Part shown: piece by piece, positions 37,559-47,008 of the stretch | Numbering within the stretch: position 1 is the stretch's first letter | How the letters are laid out: each line of letters begins with the position of its first letter | NCBI GenBank assembly: GCA_024405635.1 | Contig: JAKSOL010000020.1 | Location: forward strand, 1-56,421 | Length of the DNA stretch: 56,421 bases | From: Salinivirgaceae bacterium | GTDB lineage: Bacteria; Bacteroidota; Bacteroidia; Bacteroidales; SZUA-534 | Direction: 5' to 3' | The notes under the pieces: model-generated | The model's input: only the letters and a program-made list of their open reading frames with translations | The model's database searches: none | Told to the model about the DNA's origin: nothing | Translations under genes and position numbers: made by a program

Positions 37559-38497
37559 CTAGAAAATAAAGTTCGAGCTAATTGAACGTTGATTATAAAC
37601 GCTCTTAATAGTGTTAGCAAACAAGTCGGCAACCGAAAGAACTTTAATTTTTTCACACTCAGGATGTGCCAATGGAACGGTGTCGGTTGTGATAAACTCG
37701 GTAATTGGAGCATCCATCAAACGCTCGTAAGCTGGACCTGAAAGGATTGGGTGAGTTGCCATAACGCGAACACTAGCAGCGCCCATATCCATAATCACTT
37801 GAGCAGCTTTTGTAATTGTGCCAGCAGTGTCAACCATATCGTCAACAATTACCACGTTGCGGTCTTTAACTTCACCAATAATTTTCAAGGTGTCAACCAC
37901 ATTTGCTTTAGCGCGATGCTTGTAACCAATAGCCATTGGAGTTCCAAGATATTGCGAGTAAGCACCTGCACGTTTTGAACCTCCCATATCAGGAGCAGCT
38001 ATAGTCAAGTTTTCGATATTTTGGCTACGCAAGTATGGAACAAACACCGACGATGCATATAGGTGGTCAACAGGCAAGTTGAAGAAACCTTGAATTTGAT
38101 CGGCATGCAAGTCCATGGTAATAACGCGCGAAATGCCTGCAGTTGTAAGCAAATCGGCAACCAACTTTGCACCAATCGACACACGTGGACGGTCTTTACG
38201 ATCTTGGCGTGCAAAACCAAAATAAGGCATAACTGCAATTACTTTGTAAGCCGATGCGCGTTTTGCTGCATCAATCATCATAAGCAACTCTAGCAAGTTG
38301 TCTGATGGCTGAAAAGTTGATTGAATAATGAAAGCGTGTGTACCTCTAACGGTCTCTTCGTAAGTGGCCTGAAACTCACCATCGGCAAATCGTTGAATCG
38401 CCGAACGACCTAATGTGGTTCCATAACTATCTGCTATTTTTTCGGCCAAATACTTGGTTGCAGTTCCAGAGAAAAGTTTAATTGGACTCGCTTCCAT
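37559..38497 (-). CDS. prs: Ribose-phosphate pyrophosphokinase
   Basis: FADGE, PYFGFARQDRK, DLHADQIQGFF, PDMGG and VDDMVDTAGT. Confidence 0.97.
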   Translation of the reverse strand: MEASPIKLFSGTATKYLAEKIADSYGTTLGRSAIQRFADGEFQATYEETVRGTHAFIIQSTFQPSDNLLELLMMIDAAKRASAYKVIAVMPYFGFARQDRKDRPRVSIGAKLVADLLTTAGISRVITMDLHADQIQGFFNLPVDHLYASSVFVPYLRSQNIENLTIAAPDMGGSKRAGAYSQYLGTPMAIGYKHRAKANVVDTLKIIGEVKDRNVVIVDDMVDTAGTITKAAQVIMDMGAASVRVMATHPILSGPAYERLMDAPITEFITTDTVPLAHPECEKIKVLSVADLFANTIKSVYNQRSISSNFIF

Positions 38498-38678
38498 AAC
38501 TAACTATCTGATTTTTAATGTTTTAGTTATTAATCTTCTGCTCACAAAATTATAAAATAATTATACGCTTAAAATGATTTGTCGCTTTTGTTTACAAAAA
38601 ATAATAAACATGCAATAAACCTAATGTTTAGCTCATTTATTGACAGACATAAAACGCTGATTAACTGAATTTTGCATT

Positions 38679-39296
38679 TTACGTCTTCAGCAAACTATTA
38701 TACTCGGCACGATTTGCCTCTGCAATAAACTCAAGTATCTCGTCGCGCCCTTGCACTTTTTCCGATGACGTTACAAAAATTGGAGGCAACTCCTCCCACA
38801 CTTCAAGCAATCGTTCTTGATAAATGGTTATTTTTTCTTCAAGCTGTCGTGCCGACAATTTATCGCTTTTGGTAAACACCAATGCTAGTGGCACTTGGTT
38901 TGTTCCTGCCCAAGTAATAAACTCCATGTCTATTGCCAAAGGTTCGTGCCGCGAGTCAATCAATATAAAAAGGCAGTAAAGGTTTTCGCGATTTAGTATA
39001 TATCCATTTATAAACGATGCCCAAGTTTCTCGCATCTTTTTTCCTGTCTTGGCATAACCATAACCCGGCAAATCAACTAAATACCATTGGTTGTTAATTA
39101 AAAAATGGTTTATTGTTTGTGTTTTACCTGGTTGAGACGACACTTTGGCCAACTTAAGCCTATTGGTTAACATGTTTATCAGCGAACTTTTGCCTACGTT
39201 TGACCGACCAATAAACGCATACTCTGGTTTATCGGGTTGCGGGCATTTTTTATAGTCGGTTGAGCTGGTTACAAATACTGCTGATTTTACATCCAT
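38679..39296 (-). CDS. yihA: Ribosome biogenesis GTPase YihA/YsxC/EngB
   Basis: [22 protein letters not shown] and TKSDK. Confidence 0.95.
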   Translation of the reverse strand: MDVKSAVFVTSSTDYKKCPQPDKPEYAFIGRSNVGKSSLINMLTNRLKLAKVSSQPGKTQTINHFLINNQWYLVDLPGYGYAKTGKKMRETWASFINGYILNRENLYCLFILIDSRHEPLAIDMEFITWAGTNQVPLALVFTKSDKLSARQLEEKITIYQERLLEVWEELPPIFVTSSEKVQGRDEILEFIAEANRAEYNSLLKT

Positions 39297-39308
39297 ATTT
39301 CTTTGGTT

Positions 39309-40718
39309 TTAGTTTATGCCTTTATAATTGGTGCAAAAATAAACTTCATAAGCTGTTACACCATTCATTTTTATACTTGTAAGTTTTTTAGTCGATTCAA
39401 AAAAAGGCAGTATTTGATGTTGCTGCATTTGTCTATGCTTCATTGGTCTTACTAAAATTGCATTTCTTCCTTTCAGTTGCTCAACATCTTGACCAACATA
39501 AGCAAAGTGATAAGCACGTTGATCTATAGTTTGTGGACCATAAATTGTGTCGTTTAAAAAGAAACTCAGTTTTGCAGCGGTTTGATATCCATCAACTGTA
39601 AGAATAAAAGCATTGCTATTTTGTTGATGAACGCTATCAATCTTCTGTGAAAGCATTTGCGCATCAAACCCTAACGATTGCTTTAATTGCTCCGATGTTG
39701 ACATTGCAAAAACCACCGCAATATGTGCAACGGCAGCAAGCGCTATATGCCATTTCAAAAATCGAATATCAACAAAGCGCGACAAAAGAACTATGCCCGA
39801 AACGTACGCAGGCATCAACCAATTGAATTTTACCGGCGCAACTATTGATATTAGATAAACACCTATAAACATTGGCATAAAAAAGCAAAACAAGAACCAT
39901 AGTTCTACATTAACCCTATTGGGGTCAGTAAAAATTCGCCAAAAGTACTTGCCTACTAACCACCACAAGCCAATCCACACAAGCGGCAAAAGCAAAGCCA
40001 TTTGAGTAAGCCCCAAGCCGGCTATGTTTTGCGGAACAAAATTTTCAAAAGGTTCAGCACGCTCGGTACTAGCCAAGCTAAACGACACAAAATCGTGCTC
40101 AATGTTCCAAATTAGCACTGGTTCTGCTAAAATTACAGCTATCATTAGTGCCATATATGGCCAAGGAGTTGCTAAATGTCGGCGATACTTTGCCGAAAAA
40201 ACCAGGAATAACACAAGACCAACCAACAACATAACAGCTGGGTATTTACTATCAAATGCCAATCCTAAGCAAATGCCAGCCACTATCCATTGTGCTTTCT
40301 TACCTTCAAAAATCGCACCATACAATGCGCTTATGCTCACAATCCAAAATAAAATAAGCAACACATCGGGACAGGTTACACACGAAATGGTTGCCACCAT
40401 AAGGCTGCTACTAAACAAAATCCATGCTGTATAGCGTTGTCTTCCTCTAAGTACTTTTGACGAAAAAATAAAAAAAGCTACTTGAGCTAAGGCCATCACA
40501 ACAAAGGCTCCGATTTTCAACGCTAAAATATTTTTGCCCATTAACGCTGTAAAAATCATCACCAAATAGCTAGTTAATGGTGGAAAATCGAAATACGACA
40601 TCGATGGATGTTCCGAGCAAAATGTAAAGTATGCTTCTTGCGGCGTTAATCCCAAAAACGGCAAAAACGCAAATCTTAACAGATTGAACAAGAGTACAAT
40701 TATCAAAGCTTTTTTCAT
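39309..40718 (-). CDS. ArnT/PMT-like membrane glycosyltransferase (GT39/GT83-like)
   Basis: EAYF...SYFDFPPL, multiple TM helices, SKY and PVLIWN. Confidence 0.78.
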   Translation of the reverse strand: MKKALIIVLLFNLLRFAFLPFLGLTPQEAYFTFCSEHPSMSYFDFPPLTSYLVMIFTALMGKNILALKIGAFVVMALAQVAFFIFSSKVLRGRQRYTAWILFSSSLMVATISCVTCPDVLLILFWIVSISALYGAIFEGKKAQWIVAGICLGLAFDSKYPAVMLLVGLVLFLVFSAKYRRHLATPWPYMALMIAVILAEPVLIWNIEHDFVSFSLASTERAEPFENFVPQNIAGLGLTQMALLLPLVWIGLWWLVGKYFWRIFTDPNRVNVELWFLFCFFMPMFIGVYLISIVAPVKFNWLMPAYVSGIVLLSRFVDIRFLKWHIALAAVAHIAVVFAMSTSEQLKQSLGFDAQMLSQKIDSVHQQNSNAFILTVDGYQTAAKLSFFLNDTIYGPQTIDQRAYHFAYVGQDVEQLKGRNAILVRPMKHRQMQQHQILPFFESTKKLTSIKMNGVTAYEVYFCTNYKGIN

Positions 40719-40743
40719 TGCGCCAAATTTTAGGTGCGAATAT

Positions 40744-40783
40744 AAAAAAAGCGGGAACCATATTTTTAATGATTCCCGCTTTT
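40744..40783 (-). terminator. Terminator after ndk
   Basis: AAAAAAAGCGGGAACCA...TGATTCCCGCTTTT. Confidence 0.72.
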
Positions 40784-40799
40784 GATTGTAACGGTAAGT

Positions 40800-41219
40800 T
40801 TAGTAACGCTCCATTGATGGGAAGAAGAATGATGCCTCAATCAAAGCATTTTCGTCGCTATCAGAACCGTGCACTGCATTGTCTGATATTTTAGTAGCAA
40901 ACATTCGGCGAATAGTGCCTTCAGCTGCTTCAGCTGGATTAGTTGCTCCTATCAGTTTGCGATAATCGGCAACAGCATTCTCTTTTGTCAAGATGGCTGC
41001 AACAATTGGAGCCGATGCCATAAAGTTCGTCATGTCCTCAAAGAATGGTTTTCCTTCGTGAACTTTATAGAACTGTTTGGCTTGTTGCGGAGTTAATTGT
41101 GTTAGTCGCATTGCAGCAATATGGAAACCATTCTCTTGAATAATTTTCAAAATTGCTCCGATGTTTCCAGCAGCAACAGCTCCTGGCTTAATCATTGTAA
41201 AGGTTACATTTCCTGCCAT
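40800..41219 (-). CDS. ndk: Nucleoside diphosphate kinase
   Basis: TFTMIKP, HEGKPFF, GATNPAEA, GTIR and NAVHGSDS. Confidence 0.97.
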   Translation of the reverse strand: MAGNVTFTMIKPGAVAAGNIGAILKIIQENGFHIAAMRLTQLTPQQAKQFYKVHEGKPFFEDMTNFMASAPIVAAILTKENAVADYRKLIGATNPAEAAEGTIRRMFATKISDNAVHGSDSDENALIEASFFFPSMERY

Positions 41220-41253
41220 AGTAGGTTTGTTGAAGTATAGTTTAAATTAATAA

Positions 41254-42726
41254 TTATTTCTTTGTTAAGTACTCATCCATTGCGCTAGCAGCTTTGCGAC
41301 CGTCGCCCATTGCAAGGATTACAGTTGCGCCACCACGAACAATATCGCCACCTGCAAACACATCGGAAAGTGCTGATTGCATTGACTCCTCACCAACAAC
41401 AATTGTTCCCTTCTTTGAAATTTCAAGACCTTTGAAATTGGTAGGGATAATTGGGTTTGGAGAAACACCAATTGCCACAACAACAAGGTCAGCAGGAATT
41501 GTTTCTGTTTTACCCTCGATAGCAACTGGCGAACGACGACCTGATGCATCTGGCTCGCCCAACTCCATAACTTGAAGCACAGCCTCTTTTACACGACCAT
41601 TTTCGTCAGCATGATACTCAAGTGGGTTGTGCAATACGTGGAAGTCGATACCCTCTTCCATTGCATGGTGAACCTCTTCAGCACGTGCAGGAAGTTCGTC
41701 TAAACCACGACGATAAACCAAAGTTACAGTCTCGGCACCCATACGTTTAGCAGTACGAGCTGAGTCCATAGCGGTGTTACCACCACCACAAACTACCACG
41801 TTTTTGCCTTTCAAAACTGGAGTGTCAAAACCTTGACCACGACCTGCGCCCATAAGGTTGATACGAGTCAAATACTCGTTTGAAGACATTACACCAATTA
41901 AGTTCTCACCAGGAATGTTCATGAAACGAGGAAGGCCAGCGCCTGAACCTACAAAAATTCCATCGAATCCCATTTCGTGAAGTTGCTCGTAGCTGATGGT
42001 TTTTCCAACAATGGTGTTTGGCTCAAATTTTACACCCATTTGGCGTAGAGTATTGATTTCGGCCTCAACAACATTGTTTGGCAAACGGAACTCAGGAATA
42101 CCATATTTAAGCACACCGCCAATTTCGTGAAGTGCCTCAAATACAGTAACATCGTATCCTAGTTTTATCATGTCGGCAGCAAAAGCCAATCCAGAAGGAC
42201 CAGAACCAACAACGCAAACTTTTTTGCCGTTGCTTGCTGCACATTGTGGAGCTTGCATTTTTCCAGACTCGCGCTCGTAGTCAGCAGCAAAACGCTCCAA
42301 GTATCCAATAGCTACAGCCTTTTGGTTCATTTTTAGTTTAATGCAATTACCCTCGCATTGTTTTTCTTGTGGGCAAACACGACCGCAAACAGCTGGCAAA
42401 CTTGAGGTTTGTTTAATAGTTGCGATAGCCTCAGCAAACTCCTCTTTTTCAATGTGTTTAATAAAAGTAGGAATGTTAATGCCTACAGGGCAACCTTTCA
42501 TACAAGAAGGATCGCCGCAATCGAGACAACGTTGAGCCTCAGTAACAGCCATTTCTTTGGTTAAGCCTTGCTGAACTTCCTCGGTAAAGGTGGTGATACG
42601 GTAATCTGGAGCCAATTCTGGCATTTTTACACGCTCAATTGCGCCACGTTCTTTAGGACTCATCTTTTTGCGCAACTCATCGCGCCAAGGCTCGTTGCGA
42701 AGAGCCAATATTTCTTCTTTTGTCAT
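41254..42726 (-). CDS. gltA: NADPH-dependent glutamate-synthase-small-subunit-like oxidoreductase (GltA/SudA), probably the NfnB subunit of NfnAB
   Basis: RCLDC...CMKGCPV, CGRVCPQEKQCE, GSGPSGL, YGIPEFRLP, GGGNTAMD and FAGGDIVRGGATVILA. No GltB large subunit is adjacent. Confidence 0.88.
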   Translation of the reverse strand: MTKEEILALRNEPWRDELRKKMSPKERGAIERVKMPELAPDYRITTFTEEVQQGLTKEMAVTEAQRCLDCGDPSCMKGCPVGINIPTFIKHIEKEEFAEAIATIKQTSSLPAVCGRVCPQEKQCEGNCIKLKMNQKAVAIGYLERFAADYERESGKMQAPQCAASNGKKVCVVGSGPSGLAFAADMIKLGYDVTVFEALHEIGGVLKYGIPEFRLPNNVVEAEINTLRQMGVKFEPNTIVGKTISYEQLHEMGFDGIFVGSGAGLPRFMNIPGENLIGVMSSNEYLTRINLMGAGRGQGFDTPVLKGKNVVVCGGGNTAMDSARTAKRMGAETVTLVYRRGLDELPARAEEVHHAMEEGIDFHVLHNPLEYHADENGRVKEAVLQVMELGEPDASGRRSPVAIEGKTETIPADLVVVAIGVSPNPIIPTNFKGLEISKKGTIVVGEESMQSALSDVFAGGDIVRGGATVILAMGDGRKAASAMDEYLTKK

Positions 42727-42737
42727 TGTAGTACAAT

Positions 42738-43556
42738 TTATTTGTTATATGCAGCAAGAGCTTCTGTTTCTTCTGTTTTGTAAGCACGCATGCGAACAAG
42801 CACTTCGTCAAAATCAATTTGATGAGCATCAAACTCTGGTCCGTCAACACAAACGAACTTGGTTTTACCACCAACTGTTACACGGCAAGCTCCGCACATG
42901 CCTGTTCCGTCAACCATAATGGTGTTAAGACTAGCGATTGTTGGGATTTCGTATTTTTTAGTGGTGAGTGATGCGAATTTCATCATAATGGTTGGGCCAA
43001 TTACAATTGCGCGATCAATTTTTTCTTTTGCAATTGCAGCTTCCATACCAACGGTTACGTTACCTTTTTCGCCATACGAGCCATCGTCGGTCATAATAAT
43101 AACCTCGTCAGAGTATTTGCGAATTTCGTCTTCAAGAATAATTAAGTCTTTTGAACGAGCTGCAAGAATCGAGATTACGCGGTTTCCTGCTTTTTTCATT
43201 GCTATAACAATTGGCAACAATGGAGCAACACCTACACCACCGCCACAAGCCAACACTGTACCGTAGTTTTCAATTTCGGTAGCACGACCAAGAGGACCAA
43301 CAACATCGGTTACATAGTCGCCAACATTTAGTTCGGCCAATTTACGTGTACTAACACCAACGCGTTGTGCTACAAGGTTGATGGTTCCTTTTTCTTCATC
43401 GGCACCAGCAATGGTAAGGGGAATACGCTCGCCCTTTTCGCCAATTTTAATAATCACAAAATGCCCTGCTTTGCGCGACTTGGCAATTTGTGGAGCCTCA
43501 ATTTCGAGTTTTACTACATTTTCCGAGAAAAACTCTTTTGCTACAATTTTGTTCAC
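42738..43556 (-). CDS. nfnA: Sulfide/dihydroorotate dehydrogenase-like FAD/NAD-binding protein (NfnA/SudB)
   Basis: ERIPLTI, GPLG, GGGVG and MVDGTGMCGACRV...CVDGPEF. Probable GTG start at 43556 (VNKIVAKE). Confidence 0.88.
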   Translation of the reverse strand: MNKIVAKEFFSENVVKLEIEAPQIAKSRKAGHFVIIKIGEKGERIPLTIAGADEEKGTINLVAQRVGVSTRKLAELNVGDYVTDVVGPLGRATEIENYGTVLACGGGVGVAPLLPIVIAMKKAGNRVISILAARSKDLIILEDEIRKYSDEVIIMTDDGSYGEKGNVTVGMEAAIAKEKIDRAIVIGPTIMMKFASLTTKKYEIPTIASLNTIMVDGTGMCGACRVTVGGKTKFVCVDGPEFDAHQIDFDEVLVRMRAYKTEETEALAAYNK

Positions 43557-43624
43557 TGTAAATACGTTTTTATTATCTAAAGCCGTGGTTTTCAATACAC
43601 ACGGAAACCATTTTTATAAGTGCG

Positions 43625-43632
43625 CAAATATA
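43625..43632 (-). promoter_or_regulatory. Bacteroidota -7 element for nfnA-nfnB(-ndk)
   Basis: Reverse complement TATATTTGC. Confidence 0.55.
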
Positions 43633-43851
43633 GATAACTATTTGTTTTGGCGCCGCATTTTTTAGCGCTTCCAATCACTTATTTATCATATTTAACGCTC
43701 AATTAAAAATCAACTATCGTGCCAAATGCAATTTATGGGCTGTTACTACGCCCTCAATTACCTTAATTATTTTTGTTTTATCTCCACTATAATAATGGCA
43801 AGATTTTTGCATGGAGTTTTTATCATAATTTACTGATATACAGAGCAAAAA

Positions 43852-45513
43852 ATGTTAAAGGTTGAACAAAATTTGATTCTGGCGATTGAAGATAGTATAA
43901 AAGCCGGATGGGACTTGCCAGCGCTTGGCAACTATAAAGTCAACGACTATACGTATGGTCAGGTTGGCGAACATATTCTAAAGCTTCACCTCTTGTATGA
44001 AAAATGCGGCATTAAACAAGGCGATAAAGTTGCGCTAATTGGCCGAAGTGTAGCAAACTGGGGCATTGTGTACCTTGCTACTATTACTTATGGTGCCACT
44101 ATAGTTCCTATCTTGCCCGATTTTCGTCCAAGTGATGTTGAAAACATTGTAACCCACTCCGACTCGCTGCTTTTATTTTGTGGCGATGGCATTTTGTCAA
44201 CTCTCAATGGCGAGCAAATGCCAAACATTTACGCAATATTTAACATTGCAAATTGGCAAGTTTCGTTTGAGCGCGGCGACCACAAAGTGGGCGAAACTAT
44301 GGCCAACATCGATTCGTTGTTTGCTCAAAAATATCCAAACGGAATTAATGCTAGTAATCTAAAATTCCCTACAGTTGACAATTCTAACATAGGTGTAATT
44401 AGCTACACATCGGGCACCACAGGTTTTTCAAAAGGTGTTGTACTTACCCTACAAAGCCTTATGGTGAACGTTGACTACGCTACTCGCCACATGCCACTAT
44501 TCCGCGGCGACAAAATTGTTAGTGTATTACCATTGGCTCACGCCTACGGATGCGCATTTGAATTTTTGTGGCCTTTCACCGTAGGTGCTCATATCACATT
44601 CCTTGGCCGCAACGCAGGACCAACCATTATGATGGAGGCTTTTCAAACAATAAAACCTCATTTGCTTCTGTTTGTTCCGCTTCTTATTGAAAAGGTTTAC
44701 AAAAAAACCATTCAACCGTTGCTCAACAAACCTGCGATGAAAGTGCTGATGCGCATTCCGGGCATTAATATTATTCTTCGCAATAAAATAAAATCATCGC
44801 TCACCGCAGCATTTGGTGGCCGATTCCGCGAAATGGTTTGCGGCGGTGCTCCATTTAATCGCGAGGTTGAACTTTTCCTTCGCAAATTAAAATTCAACTT
44901 TACCGTAGGCTACGGCATGACCGAGTGCGGACCGCTTATCACCTATGCAAGTTGGCGCGACTCAAAAGTTGGATCGTGTGGTCAACTTATTGAAGCAATG
45001 GAAATGACCATTGACTCAAGCGATCCACAAAACCAAAGCGGCGAAATTTTAGTTAAAGGCGACAATGTGATGCTTGGATACTACAAAAACCAAGAAGCAA
45101 CAGACAAAGCCATTGATAAAAATGGATGGTTACACACTGGCGACCTTGGCGTACTTGACAAAGATGGATTCTTGTTTATTAAAGGTCGTAGCAAGAGTAT
45201 GATTCTTGGCCCTTCAGGCGAAAATATCTACCCCGAAGAGATTGAGGCAAAACTCAACAACTTGCCTTACGTAATTGAGCAAGTGGTGGTTGCCGACAAA
45301 AAGAACAAACTTGTAGCACTTGTTTATGCCGATGCTGCACAAGCTGAAAAAGACGGAGTTGACTTGCAACAAATAATGGAGCAAAACAAAACCGCATTAA
45401 ACGCTGAACTGCCAAAATTTATGCAAGTGTCAAGAATTGTACTTCGCGATTCGGAATTTGAAAAAACTCCAAAACAAAGCATTAAACGATTCTTGTACGA
45501 AAATATTGATTAA
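43852..45513 (+). CDS. Long-chain fatty acid-CoA ligase (AMP-binding)
   Basis: YTSGTTGFSKGV, GYGMTECGP, GWLHTGDLG, GRSK and NIYPEEIE. Confidence 0.92.
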   Translation: MLKVEQNLILAIEDSIKAGWDLPALGNYKVNDYTYGQVGEHILKLHLLYEKCGIKQGDKVALIGRSVANWGIVYLATITYGATIVPILPDFRPSDVENIVTHSDSLLLFCGDGILSTLNGEQMPNIYAIFNIANWQVSFERGDHKVGETMANIDSLFAQKYPNGINASNLKFPTVDNSNIGVISYTSGTTGFSKGVVLTLQSLMVNVDYATRHMPLFRGDKIVSVLPLAHAYGCAFEFLWPFTVGAHITFLGRNAGPTIMMEAFQTIKPHLLLFVPLLIEKVYKKTIQPLLNKPAMKVLMRIPGINIILRNKIKSSLTAAFGGRFREMVCGGAPFNREVELFLRKLKFNFTVGYGMTECGPLITYASWRDSKVGSCGQLIEAMEMTIDSSDPQNQSGEILVKGDNVMLGYYKNQEATDKAIDKNGWLHTGDLGVLDKDGFLFIKGRSKSMILGPSGENIYPEEIEAKLNNLPYVIEQVVVADKKNKLVALVYADAAQAEKDGVDLQQIMEQNKTALNAELPKFMQVSRIVLRDSEFEKTPKQSIKRFLYENID

Positions 45514-45534
45514 CAATATCTTGTCATATCACAC

Positions 45535-45572
45535 AATCCCTATGCCGACCAACTTTCGGTATAGGGATTTTT
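45535..45572 (+). terminator. Rho-independent terminator
   Basis: AATCCCTATGCCGA-loop-TCGGTATAGGGATTTTT. Confidence 0.82.
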
Positions 45573-45644
45573 GCATTAATTAAGCAAAGCAAGCGCCTAT
45601 AAACAACGCATTTGCAAAAACCTAAAAACAAGCCGCAAACTTTA

Positions 45645-45652
45645 TATATTTG
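45645..45652 (+). promoter_or_regulatory. Bacteroidota -7 element
   Basis: TATATTTGC about 100 nt upstream of the DHS-like gene. Confidence 0.6.
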
Positions 45653-45751
45653 CGCCACTGAAACAGAAAAGATTTTGCAAAACGCAAATCTTTATCAATC
45701 AGACAAATGATAGACAATTTGAATAAGTACTAATTATACAAAAACACTACG

Positions 45752-46789
45752 ATGGAAAAGAAAGATCTTTTGAAAGAAACCGTAAAGCACATCGACATTA
45801 AGAGCTACAACTCAACCGAGTTGATTGATGCAATGCGTAGCATGTCGTTCACAAGCCGCGATACCGCTCGCGCAGCCGACATTTTGATGATGATGTGCGC
45901 AGAAAAAGAGTGTACAAACATTTTGACCATTGCTGGTTCTACATCAGCTGCAGGATGTATGCAAGTTTATGTTGATATGGTAAAAAACAAAATGGTTGAC
46001 GTGGTTGTTTCAACTGGTGCATCAATCATTGACATGGACTTGTTTGAGGCTCTTGGTTTCAAACACTACATTGGAACAAAAGAAAACGTGGTTCCTGACA
46101 CCACCTTGCGCGAACTTTACATCGACCGCATTTACGACACATTTATTGACGAAGAAGAATTGCAAGCTTGCGACAACGCAACATACGAGTTGGCAAACAT
46201 GCTTGAGGCTCGCCCATATAGCTCACGCGAGTTTATTTACGAACTTGGCAAATGGTTGCACGAAGGTCGTAGCGTGAAAAAAGATAGCTTGATTCAAACT
46301 TGCTACGAGTGCGGCGTTCCAATTTTCTGCCCAGCATTTAGCGATAGTAGCGCAGGCTTTGGCATTGGCAAACACCAATGGATGCGCGCAAAAGAAGGCA
46401 AACCATACTTGAGCATCGACTCAGTTTGCGACTTTGTTGAACTAACCAAAATAAAAATGGCAGCACCTGAAACTGGTTTGTTTATGGTTGGCGGCGGTAC
46501 TCCAAAAAACTTTGCACAAGACACTGTTGTATGCGCTGAGATTCTTGGTGTTGAAGTTCCAATGCACAAATATGCTATTCAAATTACAGTAGCCGACGTT
46601 CGCGATGGTGCTTGCTCAAGTTCAACATTGCTTGAGGCAGGTTCGTGGGGTAAGGTTAGCGAGCAATTGCAACAAATGGTTTACGCTGAAGGCACAACCG
46701 TTATTCCTTTAATTGCATCGTATGTTTACCACAACGGCGATTGGAAAAACCGTGAATATAAAAACTGGCAAAAACTTTACAGCAAATAG
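45752..46789 (+). CDS. Deoxyhypusine synthase family protein (probable homospermidine synthase)
   Basis: VSTGA, IDRIYDT, PAFSDSSAG, GGGTPKNF and DGACSSSTLLEAGSWGK with the catalytic Lys retained. Confidence 0.88.
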   Translation: MEKKDLLKETVKHIDIKSYNSTELIDAMRSMSFTSRDTARAADILMMMCAEKECTNILTIAGSTSAAGCMQVYVDMVKNKMVDVVVSTGASIIDMDLFEALGFKHYIGTKENVVPDTTLRELYIDRIYDTFIDEEELQACDNATYELANMLEARPYSSREFIYELGKWLHEGRSVKKDSLIQTCYECGVPIFCPAFSDSSAGFGIGKHQWMRAKEGKPYLSIDSVCDFVELTKIKMAAPETGLFMVGGGTPKNFAQDTVVCAEILGVEVPMHKYAIQITVADVRDGACSSSTLLEAGSWGKVSEQLQQMVYAEGTTVIPLIASYVYHNGDWKNREYKNWQKLYSK

Positions 46790-46843
46790 TTACTTGCTAG
46801 CAAATTCATACAATTTTTAATAAACATTGTATTGCTAAAACTT

Positions 46844-46851
46844 TATCTTTG
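46844..46851 (+). promoter_or_regulatory. -7 promoter element of the ilv operon
   Basis: TATCTTTGC about 20 nt upstream of the leader-peptide ATG. Confidence 0.7.
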
Positions 46852-46870
46852 CCGCGCTTTTTAGCACAAT

Positions 46871-46927
46871 ATGAAACAGTTAGTTAACAACATAGTCAAA
46901 GTCTTGCTCGTGGTGGTCTGCGAATAG
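46871..46927 (+). CDS. ilv operon leader peptide MKQLVNNIVKVLLVVVCE
   Basis: 18 codons, 10 of them Val/Leu/Ile. Lies between the promoter and an antiterminator/terminator pair. Too short for the ORF track. Confidence 0.85.
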   Translation: MKQLVNNIVKVLLVVVCE

Positions 46928-47000
46928 GGAGGGCTGTGTTGAACTACAAGATATAAGTTTTGAATATCAGCCCTCCATTTTTGGGGGGCTTTTTGTTTTT
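46928..47000 (+). promoter_or_regulatory. Transcription attenuator (antiterminator and terminator) of ilvD
   Basis: GGAGGGCTG (46928-46936) is the exact complement of CAGCCCTCC (46968-46976). That segment is also the 5' arm of the terminator AGCCCTCC-ATTTTT-GGGGGGCT-TTTTGTTTTT. Confidence 0.88.
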
Positions 47001-47008
47001 ATTTAGAT

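Noticed and set aside
42677-42874. Frameshifted nfnA-nfnB fusion or pseudogene
   Set aside because: Both ORFs are full length with their own stop and start. Split NfnA/NfnB is the normal arrangement in many anaerobes.
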